A DNA stretch of 64,000 nt from Candidatus Nanoarchaeia archaeon (GTDB taxonomy: Archaea > Nanobdellota > Nanobdellia > Woesearchaeales > JACPBV01). Under the pieces are notes generated by a model that worked only from the letters and a program-made list of their open reading frames with translations, was not told where the DNA came from and ran no database searches. The stretch spans positions 17,484-81,483 of the forward strand of contig JANQNH010000001.1 in NCBI GenBank assembly GCA_028279655.1. The letters run 5' to 3'. Every line of letters starts with the position of its first letter. Position 1 is the stretch's first letter. The translations under genes and the position numbers were made by a program. Positions 38,875-47,687 of this stretch are shown here, in pieces.

Positions 38875-39282
38875 ATGGACAGAGGTGAGAAAATGAAACT
38901 AGGATATATTGTTGCACTATTGATGATCGTTCTAATGGTAGGATGTGCAACAAAAGAGGCACCACCAGCAGCACCAGAGCCAACACCACCAGCAGCACCA
39001 GAGACACCACCAGCAGCTCCTGAAGCAGCACCAGAGGCACCTGCCGAGGAAGCTCCAGCTGAGGAAGCACCTGCAGAAGAGGTTGTTGAAGAGGAGCCTG
39101 AACTGACTGAAGCAGATATGTCGCAGATTGAAAGATTGAAAACTGCATGTGAAAGAGGAAATGCAGGATTGTGCGCTGCACTTAAGAACAGATACGACAT
39201 CGATTGGCCTCCAGAAGAGCCTGTTGAGGAACCTGTTGCAGAAGAACCTGCAGAGGTTGAAGTTGCTGGAGAAGAGATATAA
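38875..39282 (+). CDS. Lipoprotein-like secreted protein with Pro/Ala/Glu-rich PAPE repeats. Probable start is the Met at 38893.
   Basis: MKLGYIVALLMIVLMVGC lipobox. Repeated APEPTPPAAPE at protein and DNA level. Confidence 0.5.
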   Translation: MDRGEKMKLGYIVALLMIVLMVGCATKEAPPAAPEPTPPAAPETPPAAPEAAPEAPAEEAPAEEAPAEEVVEEEPELTEADMSQIERLKTACERGNAGLCAALKNRYDIDWPPEEPVEEPVAEEPAEVEVAGEEI

Positions 39283-39336
39283 TTAATCTTTTTCTTTTTT
39301 TCTTTTTAATAAAATAAAAAATAAAAAAACAGAAAT
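39283..39336. terminator. T/A-rich bidirectional terminator region between convergent genes
   Basis: taattaatctttttctttttttctttttaataaaataaaaaataaaaaaac. Confidence 0.35.
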
Positions 39337-39672
39337 CTATGCTCTCATCTTGTTAGGCTCTATAACCCTTTCCTCACAACCAATGTAAGGGTGCAGTTCA
39401 GGAACCAAAGACCTGAAATCATCGTCTTCTAACAAGAAGTTATAGCAGTCATCCTTTGTCTCACACTCTATCCCTGTGGAAAAAAGCCTGTCAACCATAA
39501 GGAAATATCCATCTTCCTCTTCAGAGACAGTAAGTGTACAATATCCCTTTGCTTCACCATCAACAGTCAATGTGACTACTTCACCAACTGAGGTCTTTTC
39601 TGCTTCTTCTGTCTGGCAACCTACAGTTGCAAACAAAATACCAATTATCAACAATGTTTTTATCAATTTCAT
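39337..39672 (-). CDS. Small lipoprotein-like secreted protein
   Basis: MKLIKTLLIIGILFATVGC lipobox. Confidence 0.5.
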   Translation of the reverse strand: MKLIKTLLIIGILFATVGCQTEEAEKTSVGEVVTLTVDGEAKGYCTLTVSEEEDGYFLMVDRLFSTGIECETKDDCYNFLLEDDDFRSLVPELHPYIGCEERVIEPNKMRA

Positions 39673-39798
39673 TCTATCATACCCCCATACTGTTAGGGTT
39701 GGTATTGCTATATATAAATTTTTCTACTCTTCAATAGTTACTTTATCCAGCTTGTACAAATCCAAAGATATTTATATATGTGAATCAAGGTTAATAGT

Positions 39799-40419
39799 AT
39801 GAAGTCTAAAGTAAGGCATAAACACCTTATTGTCCTTCTGGTAGTTCTGATTGCTATACTCATTGTGCTTTTCAGTTTTTCAGTACGTAATGGTGAAGGG
39901 GAACAGGTTACAACAGATTATACTGCGGAAGAGGTCATAGAGACAGAATCGGACATACCTGGTGATGATGAGATACCTACTATAGAGGCAGAGGAGCCTT
40001 TGGAAGCAGAGGGGACTATAGAGGCAGAGGAGGAGGTTATCATCAACATCAAGAGCCTGAGGTTTGAGCCTGATACGGTCATAATATCTCCAGGAACTAC
40101 AGTAGTATGGGTAAATAAGGATTCTGTTTCGCATAAGGTGGTAGCTTATGATAGGTTATTCTATGGTTCCAGGATGGAGACAGATGATAGGTATTCGTTC
40201 ACTTTTACCAAGGAAGGGACTCATCGGTATTTTGATGCAGTTTTCCCTAAGATAGGCAGGGGCACCATCATAGTGAAGGAAGAGCCCTTGCCCATAACAG
40301 GAGCTGCTGTTGTAGGACTTGATAGTGAGGAGGCAAATGGTAAGCTAGCAATGATCATATTCCTCTTTGTTGTTATGATATTCTCCTTAAGCAGAGGGGT
40401 GCATAATTATTATTCTTAG
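39799..40419 (+). CDS. Membrane-anchored cupredoxin-like domain protein lacking Cu ligands (N- and C-terminal TM, acidic linker)
   Basis: INIKSLRFEPDTVIISPGTTVVWVNKDSVSHKVVA...FTFTKEGTHRYFDAVFPKIGRGTIIV. No Cys or Met at the ligand positions. Confidence 0.5.
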   Translation: MKSKVRHKHLIVLLVVLIAILIVLFSFSVRNGEGEQVTTDYTAEEVIETESDIPGDDEIPTIEAEEPLEAEGTIEAEEEVIINIKSLRFEPDTVIISPGTTVVWVNKDSVSHKVVAYDRLFYGSRMETDDRYSFTFTKEGTHRYFDAVFPKIGRGTIIVKEEPLPITGAAVVGLDSEEANGKLAMIIFLFVVMIFSLSRGVHNYYS

Positions 40420-40496
40420 AAATCAGGGATTTTGAGTGTGTTAAAGAACTATCTGTTTTTTTATTGATCTTTTGATAAAAATAAAAAAAAAAGAAT

Positions 40497-40727
40497 TTAT
40501 CTTCCTCTTGCCATCTTTGCACAGGAGATATCTCCTTTCTTATCGATGAAGTATAGATAGCCTTTTTCCTTCTTGATGCCTACTTTAGCGACAACCTGTA
40601 TCTTGGCTTTTCCTTTCTTCTTCTTGCCTCTTGCCATCTTTGCACAGGCTACATTTCCTTTTTTATCAACAAAGTATAGAAAGCCTGCTTTTTTCTTAAC
40701 ACCCACTTTTGCTACTTTTTTTGCCAT
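40497..40727 (-). CDS. Small basic protein made of two tandem modules of about 34 aa (candidate nucleic-acid-binding protein)
   Basis: VAKVGVKKKAGFLYFVDKKGNVACAKMARG / VAKVGIKKEKGYLYFIDKKGDISCAKMARG. The 114-nt units are also repeated at DNA level. Good SD aggaggt upstream. Confidence 0.55.
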   Translation of the reverse strand: MAKKVAKVGVKKKAGFLYFVDKKGNVACAKMARGKKKKGKAKIQVVAKVGIKKEKGYLYFIDKKGDISCAKMARGR

Positions 40728-41027
40728 TTTTTATTCTACCTCCTATTTTTTAAAATGTCAGGAATTTTCTGTCAGTTTAAAACTGGTGGATAAGAGTCAA
40801 TCCTCATTTGGATTGTGGAAAATTCCTGAGCATGCTCAAGAACCACTGCCCCTTCAAATTCGAGATGAAGCCTTCGCTTCATTCCACCGGTTTCTGACAG
40901 GTGGTTCTTGACAATACGGTTCCCCCGTCATAAAATCTGTGTTTTATAGACGAGAATTAAAGACAGCTTATATATAAATGTTTCGTTTTGTCGACGGAAA
41001 AAAGGGTAATCAGTTGGTGGTGAAAAA

Positions 41028-41945
41028 TCACTTAAACCTTACTTTAGTAACCCTGTAGCCTCTTTCTTGGAGTTCAGCTTCAAATAAGAACCCTGATTTA
41101 TCTGTCAATCTTGTAATGTTAGTTCCTTGTAGGACAGACTTGTGCAGGAAGGCCCTGACCTTCTTTCCTTTTCCCCAAACATACCCATAACTCCTGTCTT
41201 GGGGCCAGTCCATATACATAACTTCATATTCTCTATGGGGTATATATCTTCTTTGGGTGTCATTTCTTAAGTCTCTTCTATACAGCTCTAGACTAGCACC
41301 GCCTATGCCTCTTCTAATATCATCGGTACTTATAATACCTGTGGGGTTTCCAAACTCCCATGCCATGTGATCTATGATTGTATCCGGATTGTCTGCATTC
41401 TGATAGACCTTTCTTTGCACCTGGCCAATCTGTGATTCATATCTTCTTCTCAACATCTCATCCCTCTTTTTTATCTTTTCATATGGTCCATGATTTTTTT
41501 TGTGTTTAGCTGCATACAACTGCATTACCTCTTTTACACCTCTTTGATTTAATCCTATGGAACCAGCATTACTTCTGCATCTTTTCATCCATTTTGTAAT
41601 ATCATCTATGGTTCTGGTGGTGTATATCTCCACAGAAGGGATGGCTGGGAGCCTAACATCCTGTTGGTCAATAGCGTTTGCACACTGCAGATATGGTATC
41701 TGCCATACGTTAACCAGCTGGAGGATGACTGATCTTTTTTCAGCCTCTTCAGCCATCTCCAGGAGTGTTACAAGTCCATCAGGACTTATGTGTCCTGTGC
41801 TACTAAGGTCTATGGTGAATAACGGAAACTGGGAATATCTTCTTGGTTCTTTAAGAAAGCTATTAAACACCCGTTTTTGTGATACAAGACGTTTTTTGCT
41901 TAATGTTGATCTTGCTTTCAATGTGTATTCGATTGTTCCTGGCAT
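41028..41945 (-). CDS. Hypothetical protein (305 aa)
   Basis: ORF only. Possible STAS-like N-terminal segment FTIDLSSTGHISPDGLVTLLEM (weak). Confidence 0.45.
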   Translation of the reverse strand: MPGTIEYTLKARSTLSKKRLVSQKRVFNSFLKEPRRYSQFPLFTIDLSSTGHISPDGLVTLLEMAEEAEKRSVILQLVNVWQIPYLQCANAIDQQDVRLPAIPSVEIYTTRTIDDITKWMKRCRSNAGSIGLNQRGVKEVMQLYAAKHKKNHGPYEKIKKRDEMLRRRYESQIGQVQRKVYQNADNPDTIIDHMAWEFGNPTGIISTDDIRRGIGGASLELYRRDLRNDTQRRYIPHREYEVMYMDWPQDRSYGYVWGKGKKVRAFLHKSVLQGTNITRLTDKSGFLFEAELQERGYRVTKVRFK

Positions 41946-42010
41946 TTTCCTACCTACTTATCTGAGAATCTTTTTCGAACCTATATTGGGATGCTGTTTA
42001 AAAACCTTTC

Positions 42011-43306
42011 TTAGAATTCATCCAATCCTTTCTGTTCGAACTTTGGCTTGTGGGTTTCAAAAGAATCTGGAGATTCTTCCTGAATAGTATCTTTTTCCAG
42101 CTTGCCTGCCTTTGGGAATAATGGCTTTCCGTATTCACCATCAAATCCTGGTTGTATTGTAATCTTTCCCTCCCTGTTCTTGATGATTGCGTCTGCTATC
42201 TGAGCACCTGCTATCTTTGTCAGTTCTTCTTTCTCTGCATCCAACATTATGTTAAATTCATCCTTGAATTTTTCCAAAAGGTCGTTGTATATCTTCCATG
42301 TCTTCTTGGAGGCGATTGGAGATCCTATCAATGTCGATATGATCTCTGATAAGGGGATTAATGAGGTGAATGGTTTTGCCTCTTTTGGCCTGAAACCAAC
42401 TTCACGGTCTGCCAGTTCTTCCACCCTATGCAATACTCCTATGGTAAGGTTTCTTCCACACTTGGGACATATGTTCTTGACCCTTATAGAGTCCTTTGGG
42501 TTCATACATATCTTACAATTCCTGTGTCCATCAAAGTGATATTTCCCATAGTTTGGATCTACTTCAATTGTACCTTCTAATCCTTCCTTGGTTCTTATGG
42601 CCTTGATTATGTTCTTGTATGTCAATTGGCTTAGGTCGAATATGGTTGCCTCTCTTCCTATCCTCCATGGCCAGAAGGAATGCAGATCTGAGGATGAGAC
42701 TAAAGAATACCTGTCAAGCTGGGATAATCGCCAGTTCATGGCTGGATCTGAGGACAGCCCAGTCTCTAGTGCATAGATATTCTTTGTCTGGTCCTTGAAG
42801 CACTCTTCAACGGAGTTGAATCCTGAGTTTGAGCCGAACAACGAGAACCATGGGGTCCATATGTGGGCAGGTATCACCTCAATATCCTGGTCAATCTTTT
42901 TCATGGATTCAGTAAACTCATCACAGGGTATCTTGAAGATAGGCCGGCCATCGTAATCTATCCTTCCTTTGGACTTTAGGTACTCTGTTATATGCTCTGC
43001 AATGTCAAAGCTTTTTGCCATGAGGACTATATGGACCCTTCGGCCTTTGTTGTCCTGTGAATATATCAAAGAAACCTCTGTCTGCAGTATGAAAGGAAAA
43101 TTATCCTTGGTCTTTGGAATCCCTGTTTCGTCTTCTGTCAATTGTTGTTTTAGTTCCTTTACCCATTCTGGATGGGTGAAATCTCCGGTGCCTAGCAGAC
43201 CGACGCCTTTTATCTTAGCATATTTTTCCAGGTTTTCAATGTTTAACTGTTTTGAGGTTGCTCTTGAGAACCGTGAGTGTATATGTAGATCAGATATCAG
43301 TTTCAT
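42011..43306 (-). CDS. PHP-domain metal-dependent phosphoesterase with C-terminal zinc ribbon
   Basis: N-terminal ISDLHIHSRFSRATS. CMNPKDSIRVKNICPKCGRN. Confidence 0.55.
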   Translation of the reverse strand: MKLISDLHIHSRFSRATSKQLNIENLEKYAKIKGVGLLGTGDFTHPEWVKELKQQLTEDETGIPKTKDNFPFILQTEVSLIYSQDNKGRRVHIVLMAKSFDIAEHITEYLKSKGRIDYDGRPIFKIPCDEFTESMKKIDQDIEVIPAHIWTPWFSLFGSNSGFNSVEECFKDQTKNIYALETGLSSDPAMNWRLSQLDRYSLVSSSDLHSFWPWRIGREATIFDLSQLTYKNIIKAIRTKEGLEGTIEVDPNYGKYHFDGHRNCKICMNPKDSIRVKNICPKCGRNLTIGVLHRVEELADREVGFRPKEAKPFTSLIPLSEIISTLIGSPIASKKTWKIYNDLLEKFKDEFNIMLDAEKEELTKIAGAQIADAIIKNREGKITIQPGFDGEYGKPLFPKAGKLEKDTIQEESPDSFETHKPKFEQKGLDEF

Positions 43307-43426
43307 GCCTAAAAGTGTTGAAAGTACATTTATAAAAACTTTGTTTTGTTATTTGGATTGTTTAATAACTATCTAGTAGTCATAATAGAAAAATTTATAT
43401 AGTCTGGTATATTTGTAGACTATAGT

Positions 43427-43954
43427 ATGGGGGTTAAAACTTTAGTTTTTTTAGTAGGTTTTATGATTCTGATTAGTGCCTGTTCTATGGATAAGACAAA
43501 GCCTATAATCTCTGAGCCTGGAGAGGAGGTTGTTGATTCCGGGGTAACTGATATCACAGGCAAGGCTGTTGATGATTTAACAGATGCTGAGGTTGAAGAA
43601 GATGCTGAGACTGATGAAATAGATATGGATGAACCTGACATAGATGAACCAGACCTAAATGAAAGTGAGGATGTTACCGGCGTACATACTGTGATAATAA
43701 AGGACCTTAAGTTAAACCCTAAGGAGCTGACTATCAAAAAGGGGGATACTGTGGTATGGGAGCACGAGGATACCTGGGAGGATGAAGGGTCCACAAGGCA
43801 TTATATCGCAGCACATACCAACGAATTCCGAAGTTCAATCCTGTTCTATGGAGATACCTTTGAGCATACTTTTGAAAATGAAGGCACTTTTACATATATC
43901 GATGTTCTGTATAAAGAGAGGAATGCTTTAAGGGGAAAGATAGTTGTTGAGTAA
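43427..43954 (+). CDS. Secreted acidic protein with C-terminal cupredoxin-like domain lacking Cu ligands (paralogue of 39799-40419)
   Basis: Signal LVFLVGFMILISAC. HTVIIKDLKLNPKELTIKKGDTVVWEHED...FEHTFENEGTFTYIDVLYKERNALRGKIVV. Confidence 0.5.
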   Translation: MGVKTLVFLVGFMILISACSMDKTKPIISEPGEEVVDSGVTDITGKAVDDLTDAEVEEDAETDEIDMDEPDIDEPDLNESEDVTGVHTVIIKDLKLNPKELTIKKGDTVVWEHEDTWEDEGSTRHYIAAHTNEFRSSILFYGDTFEHTFENEGTFTYIDVLYKERNALRGKIVVE

Positions 43955-43994
43955 TCACAAGTTTTAAATATCCTATCTTTCTAATGGTGGGCAG

Positions 43995-44633
43995 ATGGCA
44001 GCAGACATAACAGGAGAGCTGAATTCTAGAGACCTTAAGGAATTTGGGAAGGACTTCGGAGAGGTAATGAGGGTATACTCTGGGATAAATAAAGAGTATG
44101 CTATGCCTGGGAAGGAGACTGACAGATATATCGATAGGTTTAGAGACGGGCTTAAAAAGTTTAACAAGAAGTATAAGAACCTGGTTATTAATCTTAGGGC
44201 AACAACAGAGAAGCTGAACCTGAGTATTTTTATAAAAGATGGGGGCGTTAAGGAGGTCTTTGCTAATGTTGCTTCTAAGCTAAACGGCCTTAAGGCTGTT
44301 GGGCTGAAGGACTTTGGAGAGGTTAAGGTTGAGGAACCAGAGTTCTCTGACGTTATCGAAAAAGTTAAGGATAGATTATTCATCTCCTATGTTGAGCAGT
44401 CAGAATCTTCGGTTTATCTGGAGCAGCGGAAGGATATGGTAGAGCTGCATGCTGATGAAGATATTGGGAATCCTAGTTCTCCTGGGTTTAAGATCCTTGG
44501 TTATTATGCAGTTAAGGATATGGGGAAATGTGACGTATATAGTATTTTGTCTGGGATAGGATTTATGGAGAGGCCTATCTTGGATAAGGTTAGAAGTATG
44601 CTGAAGAAGTTCAATCCGAGGATTGGAGAATGA
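43995..44633 (+). CDS. Hypothetical protein, ATGA-coupled to the downstream antiporter
   Basis: ORF only. Confidence 0.45.
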   Translation: MAADITGELNSRDLKEFGKDFGEVMRVYSGINKEYAMPGKETDRYIDRFRDGLKKFNKKYKNLVINLRATTEKLNLSIFIKDGGVKEVFANVASKLNGLKAVGLKDFGEVKVEEPEFSDVIEKVKDRLFISYVEQSESSVYLEQRKDMVELHADEDIGNPSSPGFKILGYYAVKDMGKCDVYSILSGIGFMERPILDKVRSMLKKFNPRIGE

Positions 44634-45652
44634 TCCCTTTATTTTTTGTTCTTATCGGAATAGCAGGACTTTATTTTGGGGCAGATTATGTTGTTGAGAG
44701 CGCGAAGAACATCGCTGAGAAGCTTAAAATCTCCCATACTCTTGTTGGGCTTACTATAATCTCCATAGGAACATCCATCCCTGAGATAATGACTAACTTA
44801 GTTAGTGGGCTTAAGATTAGGCAGGGGATAGATGCTTCTGGTATCGCTGTTGGGACTAATATCGGTTCTGACGTTACGCAGATCACTTTTATCCTAGGAC
44901 TTACTGCCTTGTTTGGCACGATGTATGCTTCAAAGAAGCTGTTTAGGAGGGATGGTCCCATGGTTTTGTTTTCCATAATAGCTGTCTTTATTGCAGGGAT
45001 TACAGGCTTTGTAGTTGGGTTTTGGGAGGGCCTGGTAATGTTGCTCATATATTTTGCATATCTTTATTTTACCAGCGAGCACGAAAGGGTGATTGGAAAG
45101 ATTTATGATAAATTGACTGACTGGAGCAAGATTGATAAGCGAAGATACATAAGGAGTGTTCTGGAAAGGGCCTTCAAAAGGGGGTATATTGCCGATGCTG
45201 TACTTATGACTTTGGGGATGATCATATTGGTTTTTGCTTCTGACCTGGTGGTTGGGAGTGCCCTGGAGCTTACAGAGGTCTGGGGAGTTGCACAGAGTTT
45301 TGTTGGGGTGATGGTGGTTGGTGTTGGCACTGGATTGCCTGAGCTTTCAACTGCTATCAGGGCAGCATTCAAGAATGCAGGCGGTATCTCTCTAGGAACT
45401 CTGATCGGAAGCAATATCACAGATCCCATGTTCGCTCTTCCTGTAGGGGCTATGGCTGCAGGAGTTGGACTGAACTTTGACAGGAATCTTCTTTTGTTTG
45501 ATCTCCCCTTTTGGTTTATTGTAACGATCATAGCTCTGACATTCTTTGCAGTTAATAAGAAAGTAGGAAAGGAGAATAAGGTTCATGGTTCGGTGTTGAT
45601 CATGCTATATATACTATTTGTGTTCCTTAAGATCAGATTCTTCCTGCATTAA
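44630..45652 (+). CDS. CaCA-family Na+/Ca2+ exchanger (YrbG-like)
   Basis: Two alpha-repeats: IGTSIPEIMTNL and VGVGTGLPELSTAI. Confidence 0.8.
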   Translation: MIPLFFVLIGIAGLYFGADYVVESAKNIAEKLKISHTLVGLTIISIGTSIPEIMTNLVSGLKIRQGIDASGIAVGTNIGSDVTQITFILGLTALFGTMYASKKLFRRDGPMVLFSIIAVFIAGITGFVVGFWEGLVMLLIYFAYLYFTSEHERVIGKIYDKLTDWSKIDKRRYIRSVLERAFKRGYIADAVLMTLGMIILVFASDLVVGSALELTEVWGVAQSFVGVMVVGVGTGLPELSTAIRAAFKNAGGISLGTLIGSNITDPMFALPVGAMAAGVGLNFDRNLLLFDLPFWFIVTIIALTFFAVNKKVGKENKVHGSVLIMLYILFVFLKIRFFLH

Positions 45653-45771
45653 TTTGTTAATTCTCTTGAAAAAAGCAGTAACTTTATAAATAACCTGTAG
45701 TTTTACTAGTATAAAAAAGACAATCTCACATTTTTTCTCATAGATATCAATGTGGGTTTAAAGTATATAAA

Positions 45772-46845
45772 ATGAACATCGGAATACCAAAAGAAACAAA
45801 GATGGGAGAGTTTAGGGTATCTCTGATACCAGATCATGTTAGATTATTGACTAAGGCTGGTCATATGGTTTTTGTTGAGAAGGATGCTGGTAAGAGGTGC
45901 AAGTTCTCCAACAGGGATTATGAGAAAGCAGGTGCTGTAATCGTTGATGATGTTTATGATTGTGAGATGATTGTCAGGGTAAAGGAGCCTCCACTGGCTA
46001 CAATAAAGAAGAACCAGGTAATAATGGGTTATCTGCATATAGAGAAAGGTCAAAACCTGGTATTATTGAACAAATTCCTTGATCAGAACTCTACAACTTA
46101 TGCTTATGAAGAGATAAGGGACGATAAGAGCAATAGATTGGTAAATCTTGGAGTAGAAGCAGGCATAGTTGGCATGTATGAAGGATTACGTTTGTATGGA
46201 AAAACCCTTGAGAAGAATGGGGGGATGAACAGGTTTAAGAAACTGAAGCCTATAAAGACCTATTTCTGTATCGAGGATGTCTATAAGGCGCTTAAGGAAG
46301 CCCATGTCCATAATAATGTCAATGTATATATATTTGGGAAAGGAAGGGTAAGTACTGGAGCACAGAAGGTCCTTTCTTATACAGATATCAAACCGCAGGT
46401 CCTATATAGAGACAGGACATCTTATGCAGAGGAATTTTTGCCAAAGGCAGACATCATACTTAACGCTGTTGACTGGTATCCTGATGAGCCCAGGATAATA
46501 ACAAAGAATATGCTTAAGCTGATGAAGAGATCTGCAGTGATTGTTGATATATCCTGCGATGAGAACGGTTCTATAGAAAGCTGCATACCAACAACATGGC
46601 AGAAGCCCATCTATGTTTTTAACGGAATCACCCATTTCTGTGTTGATAACCTTCCTTCTGCTGTCCCTAGAGATTCTTCAATCCATCTGAGTTCTATGAT
46701 AATACCTCATGTCCTTAAGGTTGCTAATGGCGAAGAGCTTGCTACCGGCCTTATGACAAAGAACGGTATCTTTGAGTATGCTAAGAATAATGAGCATTCA
46801 GAGATCTTTGAGGAGATCCTGGCTCCTGTCCAGGATAGCGCTTGA
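45772..46845 (+). CDS. AlaDH/PNT-N-domain family NAD(P)-dependent dehydrogenase (saccharopine dehydrogenase / carboxyethyl-ornithine synthase-like)
   Basis: N-terminus MNIGIPKETKMGEFRVSLIPDHVRLLTKAGHMVFVEKDAG. Dinucleotide-binding VYIFGKGRVSTGAQ. Confidence 0.6.
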   Translation: MNIGIPKETKMGEFRVSLIPDHVRLLTKAGHMVFVEKDAGKRCKFSNRDYEKAGAVIVDDVYDCEMIVRVKEPPLATIKKNQVIMGYLHIEKGQNLVLLNKFLDQNSTTYAYEEIRDDKSNRLVNLGVEAGIVGMYEGLRLYGKTLEKNGGMNRFKKLKPIKTYFCIEDVYKALKEAHVHNNVNVYIFGKGRVSTGAQKVLSYTDIKPQVLYRDRTSYAEEFLPKADIILNAVDWYPDEPRIITKNMLKLMKRSAVIVDISCDENGSIESCIPTTWQKPIYVFNGITHFCVDNLPSAVPRDSSIHLSSMIIPHVLKVANGEELATGLMTKNGIFEYAKNNEHSEIFEEILAPVQDSA

Positions 46846-46946
46846 TTTTTTTACAATAGTTTTTAAGAATTGGAAATTCTTAAACCTTTATTATTTCGCT
46901 TCTCTTAATAAGAAAGTTTATATATTTCTGGTGTTTATTTTGATTT

Positions 46947-47687
46947 ATGGCTAAAGGAAATGCTAAAGAAAAAGCAGCACCCCATTTAGTAAATGCTGAG
47001 GAAGAGGTAGGCTCTACTCCAGTAAATGCTAAGGGGGAAGGAGCACGTATTCTAATTGTAGATAATGAAAGTAAATATATGGCGGACTTGAAGACGACTG
47101 TTGAAGCTCATGCTGAAGCAAATGCTAATGGAAAAGTCAAGGTTGATAAAGTTCATGTTAAGGATGCTATAGGTAAACTAAAAGATGAGGCGCCTTATGA
47201 TGCGGTTATATTATCTGGAAGTTTTAAAAGAAGATATGATAATGAAGATGTCCAGAATGTTATTAAATTTGTTGATGATTACAATAAAGGCAAGAATGCT
47301 CCTGACAAAAAAATTCCTGATCAAAAGATAGATCTATATGGTGCTTGTCTGGGGCATCAGGCTTTGATCCATTATCATGGTAAGGGACAAGCTGAATTTG
47401 TTGAACTAGGGAAATATATCAAAGGGGATAAGGACATAACCCTTAAAGATAAGAGTATGGTAAAATCCCATAAACATCATAAGCACGCTTTTAAAAGTGC
47501 CCCTAATCTAGAGATAATAGCAACTAGTTCAGTAGAGGATTCTGGAGGTACATCTCATGATATAGTTGAAGCTGTAGAACATAAAGATATGCCATACTCT
47601 TCTTCTCAGGGTCATGCCTCAAGACCCGGACATGCTCAAGATATGCTGTATAAGATGTTGCTTAAGGTTTACCAGAAAGCAGCTTAA
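46947..47687 (+). CDS. Class-I glutamine amidotransferase-like (GATase1 / peptidase C26) protein
   Basis: Nucleophile elbow LYGACLGHQAL (G-x-C-x-G-x-Q). His/Glu near C-terminus. Confidence 0.55.
   Translation: MAKGNAKEKAAPHLVNAEEEVGSTPVNAKGEGARILIVDNESKYMADLKTTVEAHAEANANGKVKVDKVHVKDAIGKLKDEAPYDAVILSGSFKRRYDNEDVQNVIKFVDDYNKGKNAPDKKIPDQKIDLYGACLGHQALIHYHGKGQAEFVELGKYIKGDKDITLKDKSMVKSHKHHKHAFKSAPNLEIIATSSVEDSGGTSHDIVEAVEHKDMPYSSSQGHASRPGHAQDMLYKMLLKVYQKAA

Noticed and set aside
38849-39200. Minus-strand ORFs of 110-113 aa with poly-Ala/Ser/Gly translations
   Set aside because: Antisense reading of the GC-rich PAPE-repeat DNA of the lipoprotein gene.
40500-40727. Possible CRISPR-like direct repeat (two 114-nt units)
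   Set aside because: Only two units with no spacers. The repeat is coding (tandem duplicated modules of a small basic protein).
40573-40911. 112-aa plus-strand ORF
   Set aside because: Overlaps the well-formed minus-strand small-protein gene and the structured intergenic region. Composition is non-protein-like.
43973-44383. 136-aa minus-strand ORF
   Set aside because: Antisense to the 43995-44633 gene, which is ATGA-coupled to the downstream antiporter. S/L-rich low complexity.
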